From NCBI RefSeq assembly GCF_009914755.1, contig NC_060927.1: a stretch of 64,000 bases of DNA; one strand, 5' to 3'. The translations under genes and the position numbers were made by a program. Of the stretch, positions 1 through 15,391 are shown piece by piece. The notes beneath the pieces are model-generated. The model made no database searches. It saw only the letters and a program-made list of their open reading frames with translations, and had not been told where the DNA came from. How positions within the stretch are numbered: position 1 is the first letter of the stretch; each line of letters begins with the position of its first letter. The DNA is from the human T2T-CHM13v2.0 reference genome, Homo sapiens.

Positions 1-992
1 TATGAAAATGACAAAGTATAGTGCTTCCTAATAATATAACATCATTGTTTTTTTTAAGATCAACTTGGGTCACAATAGACTATTTTATTATACTGTTAAA
101 TTTAGTGTTTTATTTTATTTGGGAATTTCTGCGAATGAACTAAGTGAATTGCTCTATTCCTTTTAAACTTTGAACTATTTTTATCATGTTTTAATGTCTG
201 AATGACATACAGCAGTTTCACAGAACAAACGGATAATTTTTCTATATTTATGGTACTCTGAAAATGTTCATATAACATTATAAATATCTGTTTATTCAAA
301 GTTTGAAGGAACTCAATTATAAAAATAATTTGGACTATTTCAGTTAATTCTTTCATGGTGGTATTTTTTTTCTCCCATATTTATAGCCTCATTGAATTTT
401 CTCCCATTTTTTAGTTATCTGTATGTAATATTTACATGCTTCTAGCAAAATACTTTCTTTGAAATGGAAGTGTCATTTTGCCAAGTCTGAAACTGGGACA
501 CATTCAGAAATGCTATTTTTCTCTGGTTTCTATCTCAAATAGGCTCTTGTTAGTTCTATTTGTTTTGAATTTGATTATTCCTCTTTATATGATAGCAGGA
601 TTTAAACATTACGTTCTTCACTACCTGCCCCCACCTCACTCTCCAACTCTCTCTCGTTAAGTTTTCATCACATCTGAATACCAGATCTTGGTTTACTCTT
701 TAATGTTTCACCTTTCAGTGCAATTTTGTTTCGGATGTGTCTTTTTAAATTAGCATCATCATCATTTTTTATACTTTTTATTGAAATAAAGGAACAAACA
801 AAAATACACATACTGTAAGTGTTAAAGCTCCATTATCACTAAGTGAATTCATCCATGCAATCTTCATCCAGATCAGGAAACAGAATATTACCAGTAGCTC
901 CAACTCTCTACCTCCTCAAGTGTATTATTATCCTGACTATAAAATTAGGAAGTATTTTTTGTGTGTATGATTCTTTTTATTAAACATTTTGA

Positions 993-1290
<298 letters not shown>

Positions 1291-1457
1291 ACATTATTTT
1301 GTAGTTGTATCGTGCTATATATTCTGTTAATTTTCATTGTTGTTTCGTAATTACTGAAGAACTATATTACGATTTATTTACATATTCTGCTATTGATTGA
1401 CAGTTGATTACAGTTTGGAATATAAACTTTTAAAAATGTATAAAAAATACTAATTTA

Positions 1458-1761
<304 letters not shown>

Positions 1762-1959
1762 CTAATTTAATGGTAAAGCTAAGAAATTTTCCAAAGGAGT
1801 TGTATCAACTTAACATTTTCACCAGCAGTTTCTTGGTATTTTATTTAATCTGTATACTCACCAATTATTGCTTTTTTTAGTTTTAATTTTATGTTAGTCA
1901 CATTCTGATAATGTGTAGCAATATCTCTCTGTTGTTTAAATATGCACTTTATTGATTTT

Positions 1960-2141
1960 TTATTTTTATGAGACAGTGTCTAATTCTGTCACCCAAGCTG
2001 GGGTGCAGTGGCATTGTCATGGCTCACTGCAGCCTCCATTCTCTGGGCTCTGAGTAGCTGAGACTACAGGTGCGAATCAATACGCCCAGCTAATTTGTTT
2101 TTTTTGTAGAGACAGGATTTTGCCACATTGCCCAGGCTGGA
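1960..2141 (-). mobile_element. 5'-truncated AluJ with internal deletion
   Basis: Antisense Alu right arm (gagacagtgtct...ggctcactgcagcctcc) plus part of left arm; attgatttt on both flanks. Confidence 0.8.
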
Positions 2142-2301
2142 CTCCATTGATTTTAATGAAACCGAGGTTTTTTTTCATATATGTGTTAGCCATTTGGATA
2201 TCCTTGTTTGTGAAGTGGTTGTTCATGTTTTGCCCATCCTAATTCCATTGCCTTTTTTTACCTAGTAATATCCAGATTATCATGGAGATGAGTTTTTTTC
2301 A

Positions 2302-2320
2302 TATATATATATATATATAT
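2302..2320. repeat. (TA)n microsatellite
   Basis: Direct observation. Confidence 0.85.
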
Positions 2321-3655
2321 GTATTGTAAATTTTTTTACATTCTGTGATTTGCCTTTATTCTTTCTAATATGATGTCTTTTGGTTATTGGGAGGTCTTAA
2401 GTTTATCAACTCTTAATGGCTACTACTTTGTATGCTCTGTTTAAGAAATCTTTGCATGCTCCAAATCCATTAAGTTATTTCATTTTGCCATCTAGAAGCT
2501 TGGTAGAATAGTCTGTAGTATATTGTAGCATGTGCATTTTCTTCCCTCACCCCAGGTCCAACAAGCATGAGAAACCTCAGTGTTTATTACTCACACAGGC
2601 ATATGCAAAGCAAGGAAAATATGTGAGTGAGCAGCTGTGGTGTCTCACCAGTAAGAGTTTGCTTTTATATGTCTCACAGGAAAGAAGGCAAAGAGAGAGA
2701 GTGAGGTCATGTTGGAAAGATATACAGAAATTACTATAATTATACAGTCTAGATAAGATGTGCCTGTAATGGTGGCATTCTACAGAAAACAGTGAATTAA
2801 GATATGGAAGTGATCAAATCAACAGGTCTTGGTGTCTAAATGGCTTGGGAGGGTGAAGCTGCCAGGGATGATTTCAAAGAATCTAAATTAAATGACGAAG
2901 TGCTTGGAACTGAGACAGAAGATATAGAAAAAGACTTCTCTGGAAAGAGAAATAACTTTATTAAATTTTTATTGTTTTGTGTTTGAATTGTCTTTGGAAC
3001 TTTTGGATAACGAAGCTTGATTATTTGGAAATACTATTTGGAACCTCAAGAGATAAGCCAGGACTAGAAGCAAAAAAATTAAGAAGTTAATGATATGTAA
3101 CTAATATTGTTGGTACTTGGAAAATTCCAAAAAGAATGATGTAAGGCTTGAAAAACAAGTGAATTATGGTACTAATAAGATATACTTTAAAAATAAATGC
3201 AAAGAAAAAGTTACTATGGGAAAAGTCACCTTGACATAAAGAGAAATTTCTAGCAATGATAGAGTTGATAGTAAATTAATTGGGTAAGTTGGCATGTATA
3301 AGAAATAAATTTGTCCATCAGAATTTGGGTTGGTAAGTCATGGAAACACAGAAAGAGTCATGGAACTTCTCATTCTTCCAGGGCCTCAGGCCAACGACTT
3401 AATTGACTGATTTCAGAATCTGTTGTGATCACTTTAGTTTTTTTTTTTTTTTGTATCATGTATCTTTATTTAAAATCTGAAGAGCCAACCTTGGACCCTG
3501 AAAAATAAAATTGTGTGGTATGACACCCTATGAATTGCCTTTAAGAAGTAGCATAGGTCGCTTTGTTGAGTGATAGATGCTTGTATCACTTTAGGCCAGC
3601 TACAAGGTTCTGTCTTTTTAGGAAGCTTCTATAGTTCATTTAAAAATCGTAAACA

Positions 3656-4534
3656 TCGCCCACTTTTTGATGGGGTTGTAATAACAGACACTTCTCAAAA
3701 GAAGACATTTATGCAGCCAAAAAACACATGAAAAAATGCTCATCATCACTGGCCATCAGAGAAATGCAAATCAAAACCACAATGAGATACCATCTCACAC
3801 CAGTTAGAATGGCAATCATTAAAAAGTCAGGAAACAACAAGTGCTGGAGAGGATGTGGAGAAATAGAAACACTTTTACACTGTTGGTGGGACTGTGAACT
3901 AGTTCAACCATTGTGGAAGTTGGCGTGGTGATTCCTCAGGGATCTAGAACTGGAAATACCATTTGACCCAGCCATCCCATTACTGGGTATATACCCAAAG
4001 GATTATAAATCATGCTGCTATAAAGACACATGCACACGTATGTTTATTGCAGCACTATTCACAATAGCAAAGACTTGGAAACAACCCAAATGTCCAACAA
4101 TGATAGACTGGATTAAGAAAATGTGGCACATATACACCATGGAATATTATGCATGATAATAATAATAATAATATATGATGAGTTCATGTCCTTTGTAGGG
4201 ACATGGATGAAGCTGGAAACCATCATTCTCAGCAAACTATTGCAAGGACAAAAAACCAAACACCACATGTTCTCACTCATAGGTGGGAATTGAACAATGA
4301 GAACACATGGACACAGGAAGGGGAACATCACACACCGGGGACTGTTGTGGTGTGGGGGGAGGGGGGAGGGATAGCATTAGGAGATATACCTAATGCTAAA
4401 TGACGAGTTAATGGGTGCAGCACACCAGCATGGCACATGTATACATATGTAACAAACCTGCATGTTGTGCACATGTACCTTAAAACTTAAGGTATAATAA
4501 TAATAAATAAATATATCTATATATATAAAGAAAG
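3656..4534 (+). mobile_element. 5'-truncated L1PA (PA3/PA4-like) with a 24-bp 5' inversion
   Basis: ORF2 C-terminus ([16 protein letters not shown]...), 3'UTR and A-tail; degenerate 18-bp TSD at 3643-3660 and 4535-4552. Confidence 0.95.
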
Positions 4535-5237
4535 AAAATCCTGAACATCACCGATGTGATTACTTAGGAATAAACTGAAAAGAGAAGAGACCTGGTAATA
4601 TAACTCTTAGAACTATATTAGGGTGAGAGCAAAAGAAAAAAAATCAGTGAAGACTTGGAAAAAAAATAAGAGGATAAGGGTAGAGAATCAGTGTGTGGAG
4701 AAATAATGGATAATAATGAAATAGGAGCTTTAAAAGGGTATAGTCAAAAGTTTCAATGCTGCAGTGGTGACAAATAAGAACTAAAAATATGCGATAGACT
4801 TTTGGAAGTAAACTAAAAGATGATAGTCATGGGTAACTGAATCTGAACTGAAAAGAAACATTTGAAGTTTTCTTTTTATTTTTCTCTGAGTTTTTTTTTA
4901 CACAAAAACTTATCACAGATTTTTGTTTGTTTGTTTTACAAATGCAATAATTAAAAGAGCACCAGTGATAACTACTGCATTTTATTGAGCATCTATAATA
5001 TCTTGGCACTGTTAGAATATATATACGTTTGTTTATTCTTTAGCCCAATAAGTTAAATATCATATTTGTCTATTTTACAGATGATGAATGGGGGTTTTGA
5101 AAGTATAATTCAAAAGATATGCATAGTGATGCACTGAGTGGCTGCAGCACATGTAGTGGCTGGAATTTGACATAACACCTGTGCTGTAGTCACTACAAGA
5201 AAGTACTTAAGAAAATTAATATTTCTATCAGGACCTC

Positions 5238-5268
5238 TTCTGACCTCTCCTTACTATTTTGTTAACAG
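5238..5268 (+). promoter_or_regulatory. Candidate 3' splice acceptor for the CSNKA2IP coding exon
   Basis: Branch-point-like CTGAC (5240-5244), pyrimidine tract ctctccttactattttgtt, then CAG|G about 270 nt upstream of the ATG. Confidence 0.55.
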
Positions 5269-5487
5269 GCATTATTTACTCAGGAGAAAAAAGTATAGGA
5301 AACTAAAGAAAATACTGAAGATAATCTCAAATGGTGACAATCTTTTTCAATCTCATCTACACTTCAATTTTGGAATAGTCTATAATATTTGAGAATTAAC
5401 AGAAATATTGCAAGATAAAAGCTAGCAACTGTTATGTAAAAGTATCCATTTTCCATGGATTCCCGCTAAAAGACTAACAGTTACTAA

Positions 5488-7698
<2,211 letters not shown>

Positions 7699-7752
7699 AG
7701 AAAGGGAGCAAACACACTGTTCAAATTTTTCCGGACAAAATGAGAAATTGTG

Positions 7753-7758
7753 ATTAAA
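7753..7758 (+). terminator. Candidate poly(A) signal ATTAAA (alternative AATAAA at 8210-8215)
   Basis: ATTAAA 10 nt after the TGA at 7741-7743, followed by T/GT-rich sequence. Confidence 0.35.
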
Positions 7759-8419
7759 TTAATCTTTAGTCTGTTTGAAGGCATTGATCTCTTAGTTCTT
7801 TGAGACTAGTGTTTGATTTCCAGGGAACTATTATCCTAAGGTCTATTTTCTAGTTAAATAATGGACTGTGATCTTCTAGAAGCCCAAAACTGAATCCTAT
7901 GTTTTTGACTGAATGTCTGGCTTATAGTAGCCACTTTGTAATTATTGTTGAATGAATTTAACATAGTTGGCCATAGACCAGAAATACTTCATCTGTCTTA
8001 CCCTAAATGTATCTAGCTCATTAATATTCCCTTTCCTCAGAAGCCAATCTATGCTAATCTGTTTCCCTATGTTTAAAGAAAAGTCAGATGATGTTCAATG
8101 GGTAAGAAAATCTATAAAGAGAAATCCTTTCAATTATTTGTTTGTAGAGAAAATTCTTCTATGTCAATATCCTACACTCTGAAGTCCAATGATTTATTCA
8201 ACTTTAGTTAATAAATATGAAGAAAGAATAACTACTGTTACAAATAATCCTACTTAATGCTGACTGTGTTGATATTTTAATTATGGGCTCTTAAGTCACC
8301 TGTTCATCATGGCTATCTACACAAATGAAATGAGTTAATAAAAAATGTTTCAAAAATGTTTTTGTTCCACTGGGTCTACTGGTAGTGGGAAGAGAGGGAG
8401 TTGCCTTACTTACTCACCT

Positions 8420-10060
8420 TAAGTGTTAATTTCTATCTCCAATGGCTAGAATTTGCATCAGTTACATACACTAATGACTCACAATCCCACTTGTCCACTC
8501 CACATCTTTTCTGGTCACTGGACTGCATATTGGACATTTCCAGCTGGAGCATGATACAGGCATCTCAAGCTCCACATGGCCAAGCCAGAATTCATCATCT
8601 TTACACTTAGAGTTTACATCTTTGAATCTATAATTATCGGCTCCTGTATTCCCTGTGATTTGTCATCATAATGTTATGGTGTTTTTCTCATTGCTTTTTC
8701 CTCTCTAACTTCATTAATTCTATGGCATTATTACTTCTAGAATCCAGCTCTTTTTTTTTCCATCCTCATTGCCACCCTGCTAGTTGTGGTCATAGCCATT
8801 TATCACTTAGATGTGGCAATAACTTGTGTGATGGTTAATATTAAATGTCAACTTGATTGGATTGAGGAGTGCAAAGTATTGTTCCTGGTTGTGTCTGTGA
8901 GGGTGTCAGTGGACTGGGAGAGGCATACTCACCCTCAATGTGGGTGGACACCATCTAATCAGCTGCCGGTGTGGCTAGAATACAGCAGGCAGAAGAAGGT
9001 GGAAAGAGCAGACTTGCTGAGACTTCTTGTCTCCATCTTTCTCCCGTGCTGGATGCTTCCTGCCCTCGAACATCGGACTCCAAGTTCTTCAGCTTTTGGA
9101 ATCTTGGACTTACATCAGTGATTTGCCAATCTTCGGCCACAGACTAAAGGCTGTACTGTCGGCTTCCCTACTTTTGAGTTTTTGAGACTCCAACTGGCTT
9201 CCTTGCTCCTCAGCTTGCAGAAAGCCTATTGTGGGACTTAACCTTGTGATTGTGTGAGTCAATTCTCCTAATAAACTCCCTTCATATGTTCATCTATCCT
9301 ATTAGTTCTGTCCCTTTAAAGAACTCTAACTAATACAACTTGTAAACATACACATTGGCTTTTGAACATATTTCTGAGACATAAATTGGTCACCATGGTG
9401 TCATGATGTTTTTCTCATTGCTTGTCCCTCTCTAACTTCATGAATTGTATGGCCTTATTAGTTTCTAGAATCAAGCCCTTTTTTTCCATCCCTTTTGCCA
9501 CCCTGCTACTTGTGGTCATAGCACAATTGTGGTGCGGCTGTGGTTATAAGCAGCCACTGTGCTGCTTATAATCCTTTAATCACTGCCTGTTGTTTTCTGG
9601 GAAAAGTCTAAATTCCTTTTCTGATTGAACAAAGATAAACTCTGAAAATGGATTTCCTCTTCTATTCCAGCCTCCTACCAATGCTTCAGGCATGCTGGTT
9701 TCTTTATAATGCATAGAATGTGTCAAGCCTTCTCTTACATCTTAACATTTTAAATAAACAATTTTGCTGTCTAGAAAGATCTTTCCATTTATCCATTTTT
9801 ATCCTCTAGGGCTCTGCTTTGTGTTAACATCTTAAGGGAAGCCTTTTCCTGATTCACTTACAAAGGGGTTAGTTGGCCTTCCTCTTGCCATGAAATTCTG
9901 TGTTCACTCGTTGTACTGCTCTTAACCACGCTATCTTGCAACCATTTCTTATCTCTCTTCACTTGCTAGACTGAAGACTTTGTTCAGCATATTTTATCTG
10001 TTTTTTATTTTCTTTGCCTAGTCTTTGGGAACAGAGTAAATGTCCTAAAGTGTGTGTTGA
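8420..10060. mobile_element. L2 fragments split by an MLT2A LTR
   Basis: L2-like motifs (ctaatgactcacaatccc...ttggacatttccagctgg...catctcaagctccacatggcc; gggaagccttttcctga; tcacttgctagactgaag). Confidence 0.5.
8827..9337 (+). mobile_element. MLT2A-type (ERVL) solo LTR
   Basis: TG...CA termini (tgtgatggttaatatt...ctaactaataca), internal AATAAA, perfect 5-bp TSD acttg at 8822-8826 and 9338-9342. Confidence 0.93.
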
Positions 10061-10119
10061 TATTGATATTGAGTTAATGCTATTGAAGTTCTTCCTCTTT
10101 TTTTAGAGTTATTGAGCCT

Positions 10120-10660
10120 TTATTTTTTAATAGTCTTACTGAGATATAATTGACATGCAGTAAACCATACATGTTTAAAATATGCAATTTTATAAGTTTA
10201 GACAAATGTAAACAACCATGAAAACATCATCACAATCAAGATAATTATACATAAAGATAAAAAAACTGATGATGACATTCAAACATTTTCTTGTGCCACT
10301 TTGTAATCTCTCTTCTATCCTTCCTGCCCTCCAAACAACTGCTGATCTGCATTTTGTCACTATATGTTAGTCTGTATAATCTAGAGTTTCACGTAAATGG
10401 AATTGTGCAGTATGTATTCTTTTCTATCTTCTTCTTATACATAGAATAATTATTTTGAACAAAAAAAGAAAAAATAGAATAATTATTTTGAGATTTATTC
10501 ATGTTGTTTCTTCCATCAACAGTTCATTCTTTTTATCAGTAAGTTGTGTTTCCATTTTAATTCAGTTAAAATATTTTATAATTTCTTTTTTGATTTCTTC
10601 TTTGATCCATTAGTTATTTAGAAATATATTATTTAATTTTCAAATATCTGGAGACCATAA
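10120..10660 (-). mobile_element. Old L1M (MB/MC/MD-type) 3' fragment
   Basis: tactgagatataattgacat...caactgctgatctgcattttgtcact...gtaaatggaattgtgcagtatg antisense 3'UTR. Confidence 0.65.
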
Positions 10661-10871
10661 TTTCTTTTGATTGTGTAGGGTAACTAAGTCTCTTATTTGC
10701 TGTTCATGTATTTTACTACAGCATTCTTTTAACCAACTTCTCAGCACCTTTGTTTTCATGACCTTATGGCTGCTACTCCAACTTTGCTGTTCATTATGAC
10801 AATTGGGCCCACCTTGCTTGTGGGATTATGTGTCATCACCTGGCCCTCTTATTTCAGGATCCTTTAAAAAA

Positions 10872-10917
<46 letters not shown>

Positions 10918-10926
10918 TATATATAT
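10872..10926. repeat. (TG)n(TA)n(CA)n compound microsatellite
   Basis: Direct observation; adjoins the L1 3' terminus. Confidence 0.85.
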
Positions 10927-10934
10927 AAAATACA

Positions 10935-11689
10935 ATTTTACTTTAAGTTGCAAATCAAAACCACAATGAGATAACATCTTAAGCAAGTAAGAATGGTGAT
11001 TATTAAAAAGTCAGGAAACAATAGATGCTGGTGAGGCTGTGGAGAAATAGGAATGCCTTTACACTTGTTGGTGGGAGTGTAAATTAGTTCAACCATTGTG
11101 GAAGGCAGTGTGGTGATTCTTCAAGGATCTAGAACCAGAAATACCATTTGACTCAGCAATCCCATTGCTGGGTATACACCCAAAGGTATACGAATCATTC
11201 TATTATAAAGACACATGGGCATATATGTTTATTGCAGTATTATTTACAATAGCAAAGACTTGGAACCAACCCAAATGCCCATCAATGATAGACCGAATAA
11301 AGAAAATGTGACACATATACACCATGGAATACTATGCAGCCATAAAAAAGAATGTGATCATGTCCATTCTAGGGACATGAATGAAACCGAAAGCCATCAT
11401 CCTCAGCAAACTAACACAGGAACAGAAAACCAAACACTACTTGTTCTCACTCATAAGTGGGACTTGAACAAGAAGAGCACATGGACACACGGAGGGGAAC
11501 ATCACACACCGGGGCCTTTTTGTGGGAGGTGGTCCAGGGAAAGGGGGCAAGGAGAGGGGGAGCATTAGGACACACACCAAATGCAGGTGGGGCTTAAAAC
11601 CTAGATGACAGGTTGATAGGTGCAGAAAACAGCCATGGCACATGTATACCTATGTAACAAACCTGCACACTCTGCACATGTATCCCAGA
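10935..11689. mobile_element. L1PA7/8-like 3' end with inversion: 15-nt terminus on -, about 740 bp on +
   Basis: 10950-11689 matches sense L1 ORF2 end and 3'UTR, stopping at tatcccaga; the missing continuation aacttaaagtaaaat is present inverted at 10935-10949. Confidence 0.88.
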
Positions 11690-13461
11690 TATCCCTCTTT
11701 TTAAATTCTTTGAAATAAGTAATGTTTTATTGTTCTGCATCTTTCTCATAAGATTAATGTGAATTATTCTCACTACCTGTTGTCTTGGTAAGAACTTATA
11801 CAAGAATATTACTGATAATGGTAATCGTCTTTGTCTTATTTCTTACATCAAAGGTGTTTCTTTATAGCATCTTGGTATCAAATATAATGCTAGCTTATGT
11901 ACAGCAGATCACTAATGATGAGGAAGAACTGATGTATGAGATCAAGGCTTACTGCAACCTCTTTAGAAAACCATTTTGACACGTTATATTCATCTTGAAC
12001 TACTCTTTGATGAAGCTCATAACTTGTAATTGTTTAATATCTTCTGTACTAGACTAAATTTCATGAGTAGAGGTCCTGTGTGTATTTTGTTCACCACTAA
12101 CTCCTCAGGACTTGGTGATACCTGGATCATACTAAATACGCTATAAATAATTGTTGAATTAGTTTAAACTGAGTAGTTCAACTGATTTTTATTTATTGAT
12201 GCAACTTACTGTTTAATTTTTCACCTTTTAGCTTGTTTTCTAAACTTTGTGTTTCATTGTAGCATCTTTTTACTTCTTTCCTTTATTTTATGGACTACGA
12301 TTTAGTCGCTCTGAACGTTTCCATGCTATAGGAAGTTATTTATCTTTTTCTTAATTCTAACAGTATCTACTTTCAAGTTTTTTTCCCAGAGAATCCTTTA
12401 ACCTATATTTTTCTGATATTTTAATTTGTAAATAAAACTGGATGAAGTTTATAGGTAAAAATGTTTATACAAGCAACACATATTCAACTGTCTCTCCTCC
12501 AGCTTCTATTGAGATACCAGGAAAATTCCAACATAGGGAACAACATGTGTTAGTGCCAGAAAGGTCAGTAAATTTCTGTCAAATGTTTTATAGATGAAAA
12601 AATATGTAAGGAAGGGTAGAAGGACTCACAATTTACTACATTTGAGGGAAAAATTATTTAAAATATAATAGAAAAAATTTAATAGCACCTTAATAATGCT
12701 TTTTGCCTTAAATAGAAAGGGCTGGACATGAGAACACACTACATAACAGTCAAGAGACAGAAAGTAGATCCTATGAGTTTTCACGTTCAGTCATACCAGT
12801 TAAGGTAAAATGTTAGGAAACATGTGGATAATAATTTGACAATAATATCAAAGATTTTATAATATACATAACTATTTTCCATATGGTCTTCCTCCTTGGA
12901 ATTTATTTTAAAGAAATTATTGTGTCAATATAGAGTTATATAAATAAGTAACCATCGCTGTTTGCTTATAATTGTGAGAAATTTTTCATTTATAGAAACG
13001 TATTTAAGTAGACTATAATCTGTACAGGTGATATTTTTCCTAGCAAAAATATTTGTTATTTTAAGTATTGCACCAATATTTATTTTAGGAATAGAACTAT
13101 CTATTTTAGGAAAATATTTCGTGAGAATGCTCGGGCCTGGCTAGTGATCCTGAGCATGTGATGGAAGAAGAAAATGAAACAAAGAGGAAATAGCTAAACT
13201 ACTGTATCTAGGTTTTGAACAGAAGCTTTAGATAAGGGATAGCAGAGAAAAACAAGGAGGTTATATCATTTATGATTTAAGTGAGAAAATATCAAATTAT
13301 AAGATAGATCAAGTATAGTTTATATATGATCCTACCTTGTAAAACATTAAAATTATGTGTGTCTATGTGTGCACTTGTGTAATATCTGTTTCATATATAT
13401 GACAAAGATGAAATGACTGGAAGTAAAATACCAAATGTTGAAAAAAGTGGTTATTACTGGG

Positions 13462-13794
13462 TGATAGTTTGGCTGTGTCCCCACCCAAATCTCATCTTGA
13501 ATTATAGCTCTTATAATTCCCATGTGTTGTGGGAGGGACAGAGTGTGAGATAATTGAATCATGGCAGCAGTTTCCCCCATACTGTTCTCATGGTAGTGAA
13601 TAAGTTTCAAGCGATCTGATGGTTCTCATTCCTTCTCTTGTCTGCTGCTATGTAAGATGTACCTTTCACCTTCCTCCATGATTATGAGGCCTCCTCAGCA
13701 ATGTGATACTGTGAATCCATTAAATCTCTTTTTCTTTATAAATTACCCAGTCTTGGGTATGTCTTTATCAGCAGCATGAAAACTGACTAACACA
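13462..13794 (+). mobile_element. THE1 (B/C-like) MaLR LTR
   Basis: tgatagtttggctgtgtccccacccaaatctcatcttgaa...aaactgactaacaca. Confidence 0.92.
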
Positions 13795-14683
13795 GTAAAC
13801 TGGCACAGGTAGAGTGGGGTGCTGCTGTAAAGATACCTGGAAATGTGGAAGTGACTTTGGAACTGGGTAACAGGCAGAAGTTGGAACAGTTTGGAGGGCT
13901 CAGAAAAAGATAGGAAAGTGTGGGAAAGTTTGGAACTTCCTAGAGATTTGTTGAATGGCTTTGACTAAAATGCTGATAATGATATGGACAATGAAATCCA
14001 AGCTGAGGTGGTCTCAAATGGAGATGAGGTACTTGCTGGGAACTGGAGTAAAGGTGAGTCTTGTTATGTTTTAGCAAAAAGACTTGGGGGATTTTGCCCC
14101 TGCCTAAGATTTATGGAACTTTGAACTTTAGACAGATGCTTTAGGGTATCTGGTGGAAGAAATTTCTAAGCAGCAAAGCATTCAAGAGGTGACTTGGATG
14201 CTGTTAGAAGCGTTCAGTTTTAAAAGGGAAGCAGAGCATAAAAGTTTGGAAACTTTGCAGCCTGACTATGCGATAGAAAAGATAATCCCATTTTCTGAGG
14301 AGAAATTCAAGCTGGCTGCAGAAATTTGCATAAGGAACGAGGGTCCAAATGTTAATCACCAAGACAATGGGAAGACTGTCTCCAGGGCACGTCAGAGACC
14401 TTCACAGTAGCCCCTCCCATCACAGGCTCCAAGGCCTAGGAGGAAAAAATATGCACCCACAGGTTCAACACCATGTGGAAGCTGCCAAGGTTTGGGGCTT
14501 GCACCCTCTGAAGTTATGGCCTGAGCTGTACCTTGGCCCCTTTTAGCTATGGCTAGATTGGCTGGGACACAGGGCACCAACTCCCTAGGCTGCACACAGC
14601 AGTAGGGCCATGGGCCTGGCCCATGAAACCATCCATTTTTTCCTCCATTTTTTCTGCCTCTAGGTGGAGGTTCCCAAACCTCA
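13795..14683 (+). mobile_element. THE1 internal sequence, rearranged and truncated
   Basis: gtaaactggcacaggtagagtggggtgctgctg...gactttggaactgggtaacaggcag follows the LTR; 14452-14683 is inverted. Confidence 0.88.
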
Positions 14684-15184
14684 CTGGTTTCATTTACTTC
14701 ATGTGTTAAAGAAATAAAACATTATTGAAACATGTGCCAACTCCAGTGTGTATAAACATCCAGGATCCCAATATCTTTTACTCCCCAGAAATAACCATTG
14801 TTATGAACTTGCTGTGAATCATATTTGTCTAAGAAATTTAGTAAATATTAATGAGTGCATAACAATCTATTCTTTTGCAAGTTTTTAACTTTGAATATAT
14901 TTTATCATAATGTACTTAACATTTTGAAATATGTGGTTTTTGATCTGGATTATGTTTTTGAGATTTATCCTGGTATGATATAGTTCATGTTCATTTTTTA
15001 CTGGTTATGTATGTGTACACACACATATACACATATAAATATGTATTATATAACTGTGTAGTGTGAATTTATTACAATTTATATATTCACTTTTGGGTGA
15101 ACAGTGTTTACATATTTTTATTATGACAAACAGTGCTACATTGACATTTGTTTTTATGTCCTATTTTGCATACATATGGAAAGT

Positions 15185-15358
15185 TCCCAAGAGTTCTGCT
15201 GTGCAACATTTGATCCATGGGTTAGGAGTATCAGTATCACCAAGGATCTTATAAATACAGAATCTCACCCCACCTCAAATGTACTGAATTTTAATTTGAA
15301 TTTTTATAAGATCTTTAGGTAAGTTTTATGCACATTAAGAGTTTGAGAAACACTGCTT
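15185..15358. mobile_element. MER5A-like hAT MITE fragment
   Basis: Terminal gcacattaagagtttgagaaacactg motif. Confidence 0.6.
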
Positions 15359-15391
15359 TAGAGTATAAAACAGAGAGGAATGATGGTTGCC

